Shown here: piece after piece, positions 37,364 to 46,590 of the stretch
Numbering within the stretch: the stretch's first letter is position 1
Layout of the letters: the number at the start of each line of letters is the position of its first letter
Assembly (NCBI GenBank): GCA_963800585.1
Contig: CAWDBP010000008.1
Location: 146,104-210,103, forward strand
DNA: 64,000 nt
Origin: an uncultured Bacteroidales bacterium
GTDB lineage: Bacteria > Bacteroidota > Bacteroidia > Bacteroidales > FEN-979
Direction of reading: 5' to 3'
Translations under genes and position numbers: made by a program
The notes under the pieces: generated by a model
What the model saw: only the letters and a program-made list of their open reading frames with translations
The model's database searches: none
Told to the model about the DNA's origin: nothing

Positions 37364-38209
37364 ATGGAATTATATCCAATAAATACGGGTAATCTTAAGC
37401 TTGATGGTGGTGCCATGTTTGGTGTAGTGCCCAAAGTGATTTGGAGCAAATTATACCCGTGTGATGAGAATAATCTTTGTAACTGGATCATGCGTGCCCT
37501 TCTGGTTATTGACGGTGAAAGGAAGGTACTTATCGATACCGGGATTGGAACAAAACAAACTGAAAGATTCTTCTCAAACTATTATCTTAACGGAGATGCA
37601 AGCCTCGACAAATCGCTTGCATCCTTGAGTATAACGGTAGATGACATCACTGATGTAATCCTTACCCATCTTCATTTTGACCATTGCGGTGATGCTATTC
37701 GTTGGAATGAAGACAAAACTGATTATGTTGCGACTTTCAAAAATGCGACATATTACATCAGCAGAAAACAATGGGATTGGGCAACGCACCCAAATAACCG
37801 TGAAAAGGCATCCTTCCTGAAGGAAAATATTCTTCCAATAAAGGAAAAAGCTAAACTTGTTCTTATTGATCAGGATTGTGAGTTGTTTCCTGGTATTTCT
37901 GTGCGGTTGTTTTACGGACACACGGACGGGCAGCTCATACCTTTTATCCAATACCAAGACAGAACTTTTGTGTATATGGCAGATGTCCTTCCTTCTTCAG
38001 CACATATCCCGCTGCCTTTTGTTATGAGTTATGATACCCGTCCTCTTATCACTTTGGAGGAGAAAGAAAAATTTCTTCATGAAGCTGTGGAGAAGAATTA
38101 CATCTTGTTCTTCGAACACGATCTTTATCATGAATGCTGCACGGTGGAGGAGACTGACAAAGGAATACGGATGAAAGAAAATTTACGATTAGAAGATTTT
38201 CGATTTTAG
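37364..38209 (+). CDS. YtnP-like metallo-beta-lactamase-fold hydrolase
   Basis: LDGGAMFGVVPK, THLHFDHCG, GHT.G, FEHD. Confidence 0.92.
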   Translation: MELYPINTGNLKLDGGAMFGVVPKVIWSKLYPCDENNLCNWIMRALLVIDGERKVLIDTGIGTKQTERFFSNYYLNGDASLDKSLASLSITVDDITDVILTHLHFDHCGDAIRWNEDKTDYVATFKNATYYISRKQWDWATHPNNREKASFLKENILPIKEKAKLVLIDQDCELFPGISVRLFYGHTDGQLIPFIQYQDRTFVYMADVLPSSAHIPLPFVMSYDTRPLITLEEKEKFLHEAVEKNYILFFEHDLYHECCTVEETDKGIRMKENLRLEDFRF

Positions 38210-38423
38210 AATAAATTGTTCGATTTAGGATTTACGATTAATAAGAGTGAGTCATAATTTTCACCCTTCGTTTCGCCCCTCACTCTTGGGGCAGAGGTCA
38301 GGAGTTTAATTTTCTTTCTCTAACCCATACAAATGCCAAGTATAATAAAAATTCAACATCAATACGGAATTTTCTTTCAATATGGAGGTTGAATCTTGAA
38401 AAAAGCAACGTTAGCAGTCACAA

Positions 38424-41400
38424 TTATCTGATCACAACCATTTTCTTTGTATCGGTTGTCTTGTCTTTCATGACAAGTGAATATACATATACTCCTGCTG
38501 GCATTAAAGAAGTGTTGCAAGTTATCTTTTGTACGCCATCCTTTAAATCTGTTATCGGAATTTCTTGTTGTAACCGACCCAAGTAATCATATATTTTGAT
38601 TGAAGCGTCTATTACCGAGTAGAGTTTGAAATAGATATCCGTAGTTAAATTGGTAGGATTTGGAACATTCTTAAGAAGCTGTCCACTTTGTAATTTGTTA
38701 TTACTTTTTTTCAACGTATGTTTGGGTAATGGCAATAGTCTGATTAATGAATCCCTTAACTTAACATAGCTTTTCCTGGTTTTAGGAACAAGTTGCGAAA
38801 TCAAACCAGCATATGTTGATTTTTGATTGGTGGAATCCATCAAAAAATATAGATGACCTAAATCAATTGTTGCAAAAATACTGTCTGTTTCACTTTCAGG
38901 ATCTTCAATGCCATTTATATAATAATCCATAGCATCAGCCCAGTTTTGCAATTGAATACTGCAATTATTTGCTAAATACCCTCCAAGATCCTGAAGGGTG
39001 CTGTCTGCCATAATTGAATCATTCGTCAGGTAATACAACTGTAAAGATGCGAAATCATTTCCTGCATAAGGTTCAATTGAATATAATTCTTTCATTGATG
39101 ATTGAGCATAATGCGAAGTAGGGTAGGTCTCCACTAAAAGTTGAAATAAATTCTTTGCATCAGAGTAATCTCCATTATTTACATCATTCATTGCGTTATC
39201 GTACATTGCTTCATCGTCAGGGAGGCCTCCACAACTTCCTGGGAAATTCCAAATAGGAGTATAAATATAATTTCCATAATTCGCATAAAGACGTGAACCT
39301 GGATTAACATTAAGCCCCCAGTAATTGCAATAAACATTTAGTGAAGGTGGTTTACTATAATAATTATCACCATAATATACAAATGTATCTTTAGAATTAC
39401 TATTCATTATAACATTATATTTTAATAGTGTAGGAAAACAATGATCCGTTGCATATATTTCATATCTTGTACAATTATTAATGTTCTGAGTTTCTGAAGG
39501 AGAAGTTGCATTTTGATTTCCCACTGATGTTGTACTGCTCACCCAATTTAATAATTTAATCCCAAATTGCCCCACTTGATTTCCTTCAATATCATTCGCT
39601 GTGAGATTAGCCGTTGAAGCTGAAGTGACAATTCCTGCTGAAGTACAATTGCTAATTTGATTACCTTGCACAAGATGATTCCCAATGTCGTTTCCACAAT
39701 AAAACAAACTTATCCCTTCAAGACCATAGGAAATTATATTATTTATAATGTTGTAATTATGAAAATCTTCTACTGTAATACTATTTATAGGTAACGGGTG
39801 CTGATTAAATGTACAATTTATTATATTTGCTGTAACTGTATCAGATGGATTGTTGTTACTAAGAAACAGGGCAGACTTGTTAAATGCTGAGTTTGTAATT
39901 CTGATCTTAGGATTGATATTAGACCAGTGAAAATCTAATGCAACAGGATTACAATTAGTAAAAGTTGAATGATCAATAGTTAAATTGGAGCAGTAATCAG
40001 CTAAATAACAGTTGTTAAAAGTAGCTTGTTCTAGATTTAGTGGATAAGAATTATCTTCAACGACTAAACCATTAACTTCGAATCCGTTATCCCCATTAAA
40101 TATTACTCCCGGTGAATTAACAGTTAATTGATTATTTGCAACTACATAAATAAATGAATTTGCTCCCAGAGTCAATTGTGCACTTTGATCAATTGTCATT
40201 GGTGCCCAGACATTTAATCTTCCTCCCAATAAGTAACTATACGAGTATGTACTTGAAACATAACCTTTAACCTCTTGAGAACTTGCTGAAGTATTTCCGG
40301 CAATCCCATTGAGACAAAATAATGTATCAACGCTGAAACCACTAATTACCCCCATCTCTGGGGTTTCAAAATCACCATTACTATTTTGTGCTAATTTACT
40401 TTGATTCCAATAACCATCCTGACACCATGTGTCCATAGCTTTGGCATACCTGAATGCTTCAGTAAGCTGAGTAAAACCATCATTGTTTCCAGGGTCGACA
40501 TTTCCAAATCCCGGAGTTCCCGAATCTGGATTGTAATCTAATGGATGTGGAGTCGGATGCCAACCACGACTAGGATCAGTCCATGGAAGGTTATTGAACG
40601 GAAGTTGTCCTACTGGATAGCTCCAATCCCAAGGCCAACGACCCTCATAATGTCCTCTTATTGCAGCAGTCCAATAGAATGTAAATTCATCAATATTTCC
40701 ACACGTGAACCATAATTCTTTATAAGAATTGGTTGAAGGATATGAAGGAGAACCATCACCCGTAGCAGCTTGCACTATTCTGTTTTGACATTTGGCAGTA
40801 GTATCATGTGTTAATGGATAAACAAAACATCCTGAATAATTTTGTTGCATAACAAAAATCATTTGAGCGCAATTAATATTGTGAACTGCCTGTTTTAAAT
40901 AAGTTGTTGTAAATTCATTTGGGGATTGTCCAGTTGAATAACACTGAAAATAAGCATCACAATAACTACAATCCTTGCCACCTGGACCAGTAATATAAAC
41001 AAATAATTGATCTTCTGGAGTAAGTGCTTTCGGACCATATGCAAACTTAGTTAATGTGTCATAAATAGCACTCCAGTAAGCTGGACCTTTAACTTCGTTT
41101 TTATTACAACCATTAGGAGGGTCGCAGTTGGTACCATCCCAATCATTACGGAAAGAAGACCTTCCCGCGGTGTCCGTTCCATTGGAATATAGAGTTATTA
41201 TATTTGCAGTATCATATCCGACTTCCTTCAACGCATTATACACCATGGCAATGTCATAATCACGATTAATATCACACGTGTAATTGCCACCGTCTACTCC
41301 GTTAATTAATACAGCATGTAAGTGAGGATTTGGACTCGCAATCGTAGGAGTCGGACTCGGACCAGAGTTGAAAACATTGGTATTACACACTGGCGGTGGA

Positions 41401-41786
41401 CATTGATAGACGATTAGAATTCCATGGTAATTCGTTTGAATATCAATAGGATAACAACTACTTGAATCAATTGTAAAATCCCCTGTATTCGAGTTAATAA
41501 AGATGTAACGACAAGTATGATTCCAATTTGCTACGGGATTATCATCTGAAAAAAACACCCAATTATAAGGATACGGTGGTGAAATGGTTTGGCCATTTAA
41601 TAAAATTATGTTACTTGTGTCTGGAATAGTGTCGTAAGAAGAATAAACATTTATATACCCAGTGTCACTAGCCAGGATTTGGTTAAGAACGAGATCTATT
41701 GCCTTTTGACGGGTAAATTGTCCTGATGAATAGAATGGCAATTGCAAAATAATTGCAATCAGAATTAAGAATCGTAATTTTATCAT
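38424..41786 (-). CDS. 1120-aa T9SS-secreted protein: C13/legumain-like domain (catalytic residues substituted), parallel beta-helix, TPR-like helices, T9SS CTD
   Basis: Signal peptide; HAVLING...+YNALK..GY...NIITLY, D.LFVYITG; Asn-rich I..N.I..N repeats; NVPNP...IYD..G...GVY..K.VV CTD. Confidence 0.8.
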   Translation of the reverse strand: MIKLRFLILIAIILQLPFYSSGQFTRQKAIDLVLNQILASDTGYINVYSSYDTIPDTSNIILLNGQTISPPYPYNWVFFSDDNPVANWNHTCRYIFINSNTGDFTIDSSSCYPIDIQTNYHGILIVYQCPPPVCNTNVFNSGPSPTPTIASPNPHLHAVLINGVDGGNYTCDINRDYDIAMVYNALKEVGYDTANIITLYSNGTDTAGRSSFRNDWDGTNCDPPNGCNKNEVKGPAYWSAIYDTLTKFAYGPKALTPEDQLFVYITGPGGKDCSYCDAYFQCYSTGQSPNEFTTTYLKQAVHNINCAQMIFVMQQNYSGCFVYPLTHDTTAKCQNRIVQAATGDGSPSYPSTNSYKELWFTCGNIDEFTFYWTAAIRGHYEGRWPWDWSYPVGQLPFNNLPWTDPSRGWHPTPHPLDYNPDSGTPGFGNVDPGNNDGFTQLTEAFRYAKAMDTWCQDGYWNQSKLAQNSNGDFETPEMGVISGFSVDTLFCLNGIAGNTSASSQEVKGYVSSTYSYSYLLGGRLNVWAPMTIDQSAQLTLGANSFIYVVANNQLTVNSPGVIFNGDNGFEVNGLVVEDNSYPLNLEQATFNNCYLADYCSNLTIDHSTFTNCNPVALDFHWSNINPKIRITNSAFNKSALFLSNNNPSDTVTANIINCTFNQHPLPINSITVEDFHNYNIINNIISYGLEGISLFYCGNDIGNHLVQGNQISNCTSAGIVTSASTANLTANDIEGNQVGQFGIKLLNWVSSTTSVGNQNATSPSETQNINNCTRYEIYATDHCFPTLLKYNVIMNSNSKDTFVYYGDNYYSKPPSLNVYCNYWGLNVNPGSRLYANYGNYIYTPIWNFPGSCGGLPDDEAMYDNAMNDVNNGDYSDAKNLFQLLVETYPTSHYAQSSMKELYSIEPYAGNDFASLQLYYLTNDSIMADSTLQDLGGYLANNCSIQLQNWADAMDYYINGIEDPESETDSIFATIDLGHLYFLMDSTNQKSTYAGLISQLVPKTRKSYVKLRDSLIRLLPLPKHTLKKSNNKLQSGQLLKNVPNPTNLTTDIYFKLYSVIDASIKIYDYLGRLQQEIPITDLKDGVQKITCNTSLMPAGVYVYSLVMKDKTTDTKKMVVIR

Positions 41787-42043
41787 GGATTGTTCCTCCT
41801 ATAATTTGATGATTAACGGTTCATGTTATTTGCAGGAATTTCCCGTTTACCTTCAAGTAAACGTGTATTAGCCCGGGCTGGCATGGTTGACAGCTATGGT
41901 TCAAGCCCGTGCTTTTTATGTTTGTTAGTACCTCCGTTCCAATTTTAAGGTATTAAAACAACCAATCTTTCTAAATGGATAAACGAAAAACGCCTACAGA
42001 TGAAAATTACAATATATATAAATTTTTAATAAATATATTTTAT

Positions 42044-43493
42044 CACTATTGTCCGACTAAAACCTGATTCTCATTTTGTTCGTTTGCAACTGTCATAGAA
42101 TCAGGTATATTTTGATTGTTTCTTTCATTTTCAAAAACAGACCCCTCTCATTTCAATGCAAATTTTAGCTGTGTTACCCGGTTCGGAGGGTGATCTTTGA
42201 CCAGATAATTTCGTTTTGTACTGCTAAGCAGTTCAAAAACATCCAGCAAGCTGATCAAATGAATCCTGACCAGGGATGCTACCACTGAGAAAGCCTTTTT
42301 TGTCATAGCAATCTTCTGAATGACCGTCAATAGAAGCTGAGCAATCAATGTACACCAGACTTGTGTATATATTGCGTTGACATTCTCGCCATAGAAGTAA
42401 TGAAGTTGAAAATTCTGCTTCATTTTTTTGAACAAAAGCTCTATACCCCATCGTTTTTTGTAAAGAAAGGCAATCTCTTCTGCTGAAATTTCAAAGTTAT
42501 TGCAGAGAAACTCGTAATGTCTGTTTTTTTCATCCTGGTAACTGACCTTTCTTAATCGTATTGTCTCTGTACGATTCATGATTTTCTTTCCCCGGTCATC
42601 TTCAGGATGATATTCCAGTTCAATAATTTCTTCTTTTATCACTATGGCTTTACCCGGGATCCTCGAGTGCGTCTGCACCGTCTCAATAACAGTATACACT
42701 GCGTTTTTCTTCATCCGGGTAACAAAAAAGATTTTTTTTTCTGTCCACAGTGCAAATTGCATATAGTAGTTGTAGGCACGATCAAATACGACCATGCTGT
42801 GAGAGATCAGATCCAGTTCTTTCAGAAAGTTTTTGTCGTGAACCTTAGCGGCTGTGATTTTGACAAACCGTCCTACCGATTGAACTGCATCGATTAGCAT
42901 ATGAACTTTGAGACCGCCTTTCTTTTTTCCGTCATCCTTTGGGTTACGACCGACTCCTTTGAGAATATCGCTAAACAAACGAATCGTTGTAGAATCAATC
43001 AAAAGCACTTCTTTGAATGTAAGCCCGAACGTTCGGCTGTCCGACAAAAAACTTTTATATCGATCCACCAAACTGAAGTAAACATCCTCGAAAAATTTAT
43101 TCGGTCTGTTTCTCAGTCCATCGCTGGCTGTGCTTTTTGCCGGGGATTTATCCAAACCCAGGTGATTCAGTTTGCCTCCCATAGCTCGTAATCCTTCACA
43201 GATCTCAGTCATCGAGTCACACCGGCTGAAAATCCCAAATAGCATCGTCACAAGATGTGTCTTTGCCCTGAACGCCTTGTAATAGCGGTCAGCATCATGC
43301 TTCTTGACTATGCTTTGTATGTTAACCCGTTCTATCAAATCCAGTATTTGTTTAAAAATCGGCTGTCCGACTAATTTTATTTCTGTAATTTTACCCATGT
43401 TGTAGTTTTTGAGTTCGCAAACTAAAAGTACAACATTGGGGGGAACCCTTCGGGGTGTACCCCCTCTTTTAAAAAGTTAGTCGGTCAGTAGTG
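42044..43493 (-). mobile_element. Complete IS4-family insertion sequence (1450 bp)
   Basis: 17-bp terminal IRs CACTATTGTCCGACTAA / CACTACTGACCGACTAA (2 mismatches); 9-bp direct repeat ATATTTTAT at 42035-42043 and 43494-43502. Confidence 0.93.
42148..43398 (-). CDS. IS4-family DDE transposase (DUF4372-like N-terminus plus DDE domain)
   Basis: IDSTTI, G.KVH, VFDRAY, YREK motif LYKKRWGIELLFK. Confidence 0.96.
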   Translation of the reverse strand: MGKITEIKLVGQPIFKQILDLIERVNIQSIVKKHDADRYYKAFRAKTHLVTMLFGIFSRCDSMTEICEGLRAMGGKLNHLGLDKSPAKSTASDGLRNRPNKFFEDVYFSLVDRYKSFLSDSRTFGLTFKEVLLIDSTTIRLFSDILKGVGRNPKDDGKKKGGLKVHMLIDAVQSVGRFVKITAAKVHDKNFLKELDLISHSMVVFDRAYNYYMQFALWTEKKIFFVTRMKKNAVYTVIETVQTHSRIPGKAIVIKEEIIELEYHPEDDRGKKIMNRTETIRLRKVSYQDEKNRHYEFLCNNFEISAEEIAFLYKKRWGIELLFKKMKQNFQLHYFYGENVNAIYTQVWCTLIAQLLLTVIQKIAMTKKAFSVVASLVRIHLISLLDVFELLSSTKRNYLVKDHPPNRVTQLKFALK

Positions 43494-43524
43494 ATATTTT
43501 ATATTATTAATTTGTTTAGCCATT

Positions 43525-45621
43525 CTATTCTATTACCAATTTTTGAACACTCAATCCCTTTTCGTGCGTTATTTTCACAAAATAAATTCCCGCCGGAAAA
43601 TCTATATCCACTTCAACAGCATCGCCTCTCCCAGTTGAAAACTCAGCACCATAAACCTTTGCACCCGTCAGATTGAAAATCTCAATACTTTTAATATCAC
43701 ACTTCGCACATTGCACTTCACACTTATCTTTCGCCGGGTTAGGACTAATGCTAAACCTTGCGATGTTTGGTTGTTTTTCATTCACTGATGTCCATCCTCC
43801 ATATCCCGTTTTTAATATGTTTGCCATGTTACCTACGGCATAACCCGTAACTGTATCTGTAAAAAATACCGAATATAGGGTATTCTCTGTACCGCTTGAA
43901 TCAGCTGTCCATGTTGAACCTGCATCTGTAGTATAAAAAATATCTCCACGCTCATCGACAATATATCCTTTTGAAGGTGTAATAAAAAATACTGACTTTG
44001 AGGAGCATCCACCATTGTTAAGATTAAAACCTGTCCAGGTTGCACCTCCATCAACTGTTTTTAGATTAACTCCCTCATACCCTACAGCATAACCAGTACT
44101 ATCATTTGTGAAGAAAACTGAAAAGAGTTCCTGTTCTGGTTTGTATGGTAATTTATTCCAGGTTATGCCTCCGTCAGTCGTTTTTACGATAACTCCGTAT
44201 GGAGTAGGAGAATCTATCCCTACCGCGTATCCTGTAAGAGAATCGGGGAAATAAACAGAGGTTAAGTCATAATTAACTAAGGTTGACGTCCATGTTACGC
44301 CTGCATCTGTCGTTTTTAAAATAATTCCACTGCTGGTCCAGGAATAATAATATCCTCCAACAACATAGCCATTATTTGCATTTGTAAAGAATACAGAATT
44401 CAAAGGATAGTTTATTCCAGTTAGCATTTGAGTCCATGTCGTGCCCCCATCGGTCGTTTTACCTATATAATCATCACTTGTCATAAATCCAATGTTAGTA
44501 CTGGTAAAATATAATGAATAAATGTATCTATGACCATCAATATAAGAAGATGACCAATCTGTTCCTCCATTCGTGGTTTTCATAAATAATCCCACCAAAC
44601 CACCTGCATATCCTGTACTTTCATCAGGAAAAAAAACTGTATATAACGCATATCCATTATTTGTTCCATATGATATTTGATTCCAGTTAGAACCTCCATC
44701 TAAAGTTTGAGATATTTCTGCCGCACCAACCATATAACCAGTATTGGCATTTGTGAAATACATAGCGCGACAACCTTGTTCCTGTGCAACACATTGAAAA
44801 TTCCATGTGGCGCCGGCATTTGTTGTTTTAAATAAATTCCCTACATCATCACCAACATAACCTGTATTTTGATCTGTGAAAAAAATAGATGGAAAAAAAT
44901 TTTGATCATATTGTCCTAAACCATTGATATCAAGAGTCCATGTAACACCTGCATTTATGGTTTTATAAATATAATCACCTGCCATATATCCATTATTTGC
45001 GTCAGTAAAAAAAATAGAGCACAAATCACCATGAGTAGTTGTTATTGAATCCCAGGTTGTTCCTCCATTATTTGTTTTTAAAATAATCCCTAACTGACTT
45101 CCAATATATCCGGTATTTTGATCTGTAAAATAAACAGATTCTAAATCATCAGTAATTCCTGAATTCTGGTGTGTCCAGTTGATACCTGCATCCGTTGTCT
45201 TAAGTATTTCACCATTAAACCCAACTGAGTAACCAACATTATTTGTTGGGAAATAAATTGAATTTAACCAAAATGCTGGTCCGGAATATACTTTATTCCA
45301 TGTTGATCCTGCATTAGTTGTTTTTAATATAAGATCACCTGTACTTCCATCTTGTCCTGCAATATAACCAGTATTATTGTCTGTAAAGAATATTGAACGT
45401 AGTACAATAGGATTTCCAGAGTAATAAATTGTCCAGGTCGTTCCTCCATCAGTTGTTTTTATTATAGTTCCAAAATCTCCAGCCGCATAGCCATTATTGG
45501 AATCAGTAAAGAAAACTGAATATAAAATATTACCCTGTGGTAATGGATTTTGCCAGTACCATTGGGAGAAAGCAAAGATGGAGAGAAAGGAAAAACAAAG
45601 TAAGAAAATACTTTTTTTCAT
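43525..45621 (-). CDS. YCF48/Asp-box (BNR) repeat beta-propeller protein with T9SS CTD
   Basis: About 14 repeats of S+FF.D...GY.VG..G.I.KT.D.G.TW; signal peptide; SPNP...GIYFV...KLVIE CTD. Confidence 0.9.
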   Translation of the reverse strand: MKKSIFLLCFSFLSIFAFSQWYWQNPLPQGNILYSVFFTDSNNGYAAGDFGTIIKTTDGGTTWTIYYSGNPIVLRSIFFTDNNTGYIAGQDGSTGDLILKTTNAGSTWNKVYSGPAFWLNSIYFPTNNVGYSVGFNGEILKTTDAGINWTHQNSGITDDLESVYFTDQNTGYIGSQLGIILKTNNGGTTWDSITTTHGDLCSIFFTDANNGYMAGDYIYKTINAGVTWTLDINGLGQYDQNFFPSIFFTDQNTGYVGDDVGNLFKTTNAGATWNFQCVAQEQGCRAMYFTNANTGYMVGAAEISQTLDGGSNWNQISYGTNNGYALYTVFFPDESTGYAGGLVGLFMKTTNGGTDWSSSYIDGHRYIYSLYFTSTNIGFMTSDDYIGKTTDGGTTWTQMLTGINYPLNSVFFTNANNGYVVGGYYYSWTSSGIILKTTDAGVTWTSTLVNYDLTSVYFPDSLTGYAVGIDSPTPYGVIVKTTDGGITWNKLPYKPEQELFSVFFTNDSTGYAVGYEGVNLKTVDGGATWTGFNLNNGGCSSKSVFFITPSKGYIVDERGDIFYTTDAGSTWTADSSGTENTLYSVFFTDTVTGYAVGNMANILKTGYGGWTSVNEKQPNIARFSISPNPAKDKCEVQCAKCDIKSIEIFNLTGAKVYGAEFSTGRGDAVEVDIDFPAGIYFVKITHEKGLSVQKLVIE

Positions 45622-46175
45622 TTAAAGATATTTCTATGGTGAAACAATATAATGGACTTTTACAATTTCACTTACGCAATAGCGGGAAACCACTATACAT
45701 TTTATTTGATTTTTATTATATTGTTGATTATCAATTATAATAATTGAAAAGTGCGTGCAGGTTGCACGCCACAAATCTTTTGTTTTTTTTACAAAAGAAA
45801 ACAAGTTGACAAACGTATAAAAAATAAAGACAAAAGTCAACAAAACATCAATAATTATTTAGCTTTTCTTCTGACTTTTATCCTTCAGAAATTCGTTGTA
45901 AACACTACCAGGTCCGGCAGTAAAGTTACTCAGGTTACTCAACTTCTCTTTCCCGGAAGCTATATCCATCATGGAGACGACTCCTGCAGCCATAGGAATA
46001 GTGTTCTTTGCTATGTAAGGTTTGATATAAAGGACATGTGTCATAGAGCAAAAGAAAAACAAGTTAACCCCATTGAAAATACTAGCAAATTTATCATAGC
46101 CTGACGGCTATGGGAGATGCGGGTTGGGCTCTTAGCACGCTTTTTTAATCAGAAAGAAAAACTGTAGGAGACAAT

Positions 46176-46589
46176 TCATCCATTATTTTTTCTCCTCTCT
46201 TTCTTCTCTGCATTCAACTTCTTTTCTTCCAGCCTTTTTTCTTTTGCTGCTGCATTTGGTTTGGTTGGTTTTCGTTTTTTTTTCGGGGTAAGTGATTTTT
46301 TCAACAGGGCATAGAATTTCTCTATGGTCTTTTCTTTATTCTTCATTTGGGAACGCTCATTCTGGGAAACAATGATCAGGAATCCTTCAGCATTGATCTT
46401 TTTTGGAAGGCTGTTCAACAAGATGTCTTTTTCTTCCTTTGTAAGGATTTTTGAATTTTGAATATCAAACCGTAACTCTACTTTTGTGCTGACCTTATTC
46501 ACATTTTGTCCACCGGGTCCGCTGCTTCGTGATGCACTGAAAATAAATTCCCTGCTGAAATCCCTTCCGGAAAATATGTCAATCGCCAT
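46176..46589 (-). CDS. arfB: Alternative ribosome rescue peptidyl-tRNA hydrolase ArfB
   Basis: SRSSGPGGQNVNKV.TKV.LRF, RSQ..N, basic tail. Confidence 0.95.
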   Translation of the reverse strand: MAIDIFSGRDFSREFIFSASRSSGPGGQNVNKVSTKVELRFDIQNSKILTKEEKDILLNSLPKKINAEGFLIIVSQNERSQMKNKEKTIEKFYALLKKSLTPKKKRKPTKPNAAAKEKRLEEKKLNAEKKERRKNNG

Positions 46590-46590
46590 T

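Noticed and set aside
43800-45560. Regularly spaced DNA repeats that could suggest a CRISPR-like array
   Set aside because: They are the coding Asp-box/propeller repeats of one ORF and are degenerate at synonymous positions
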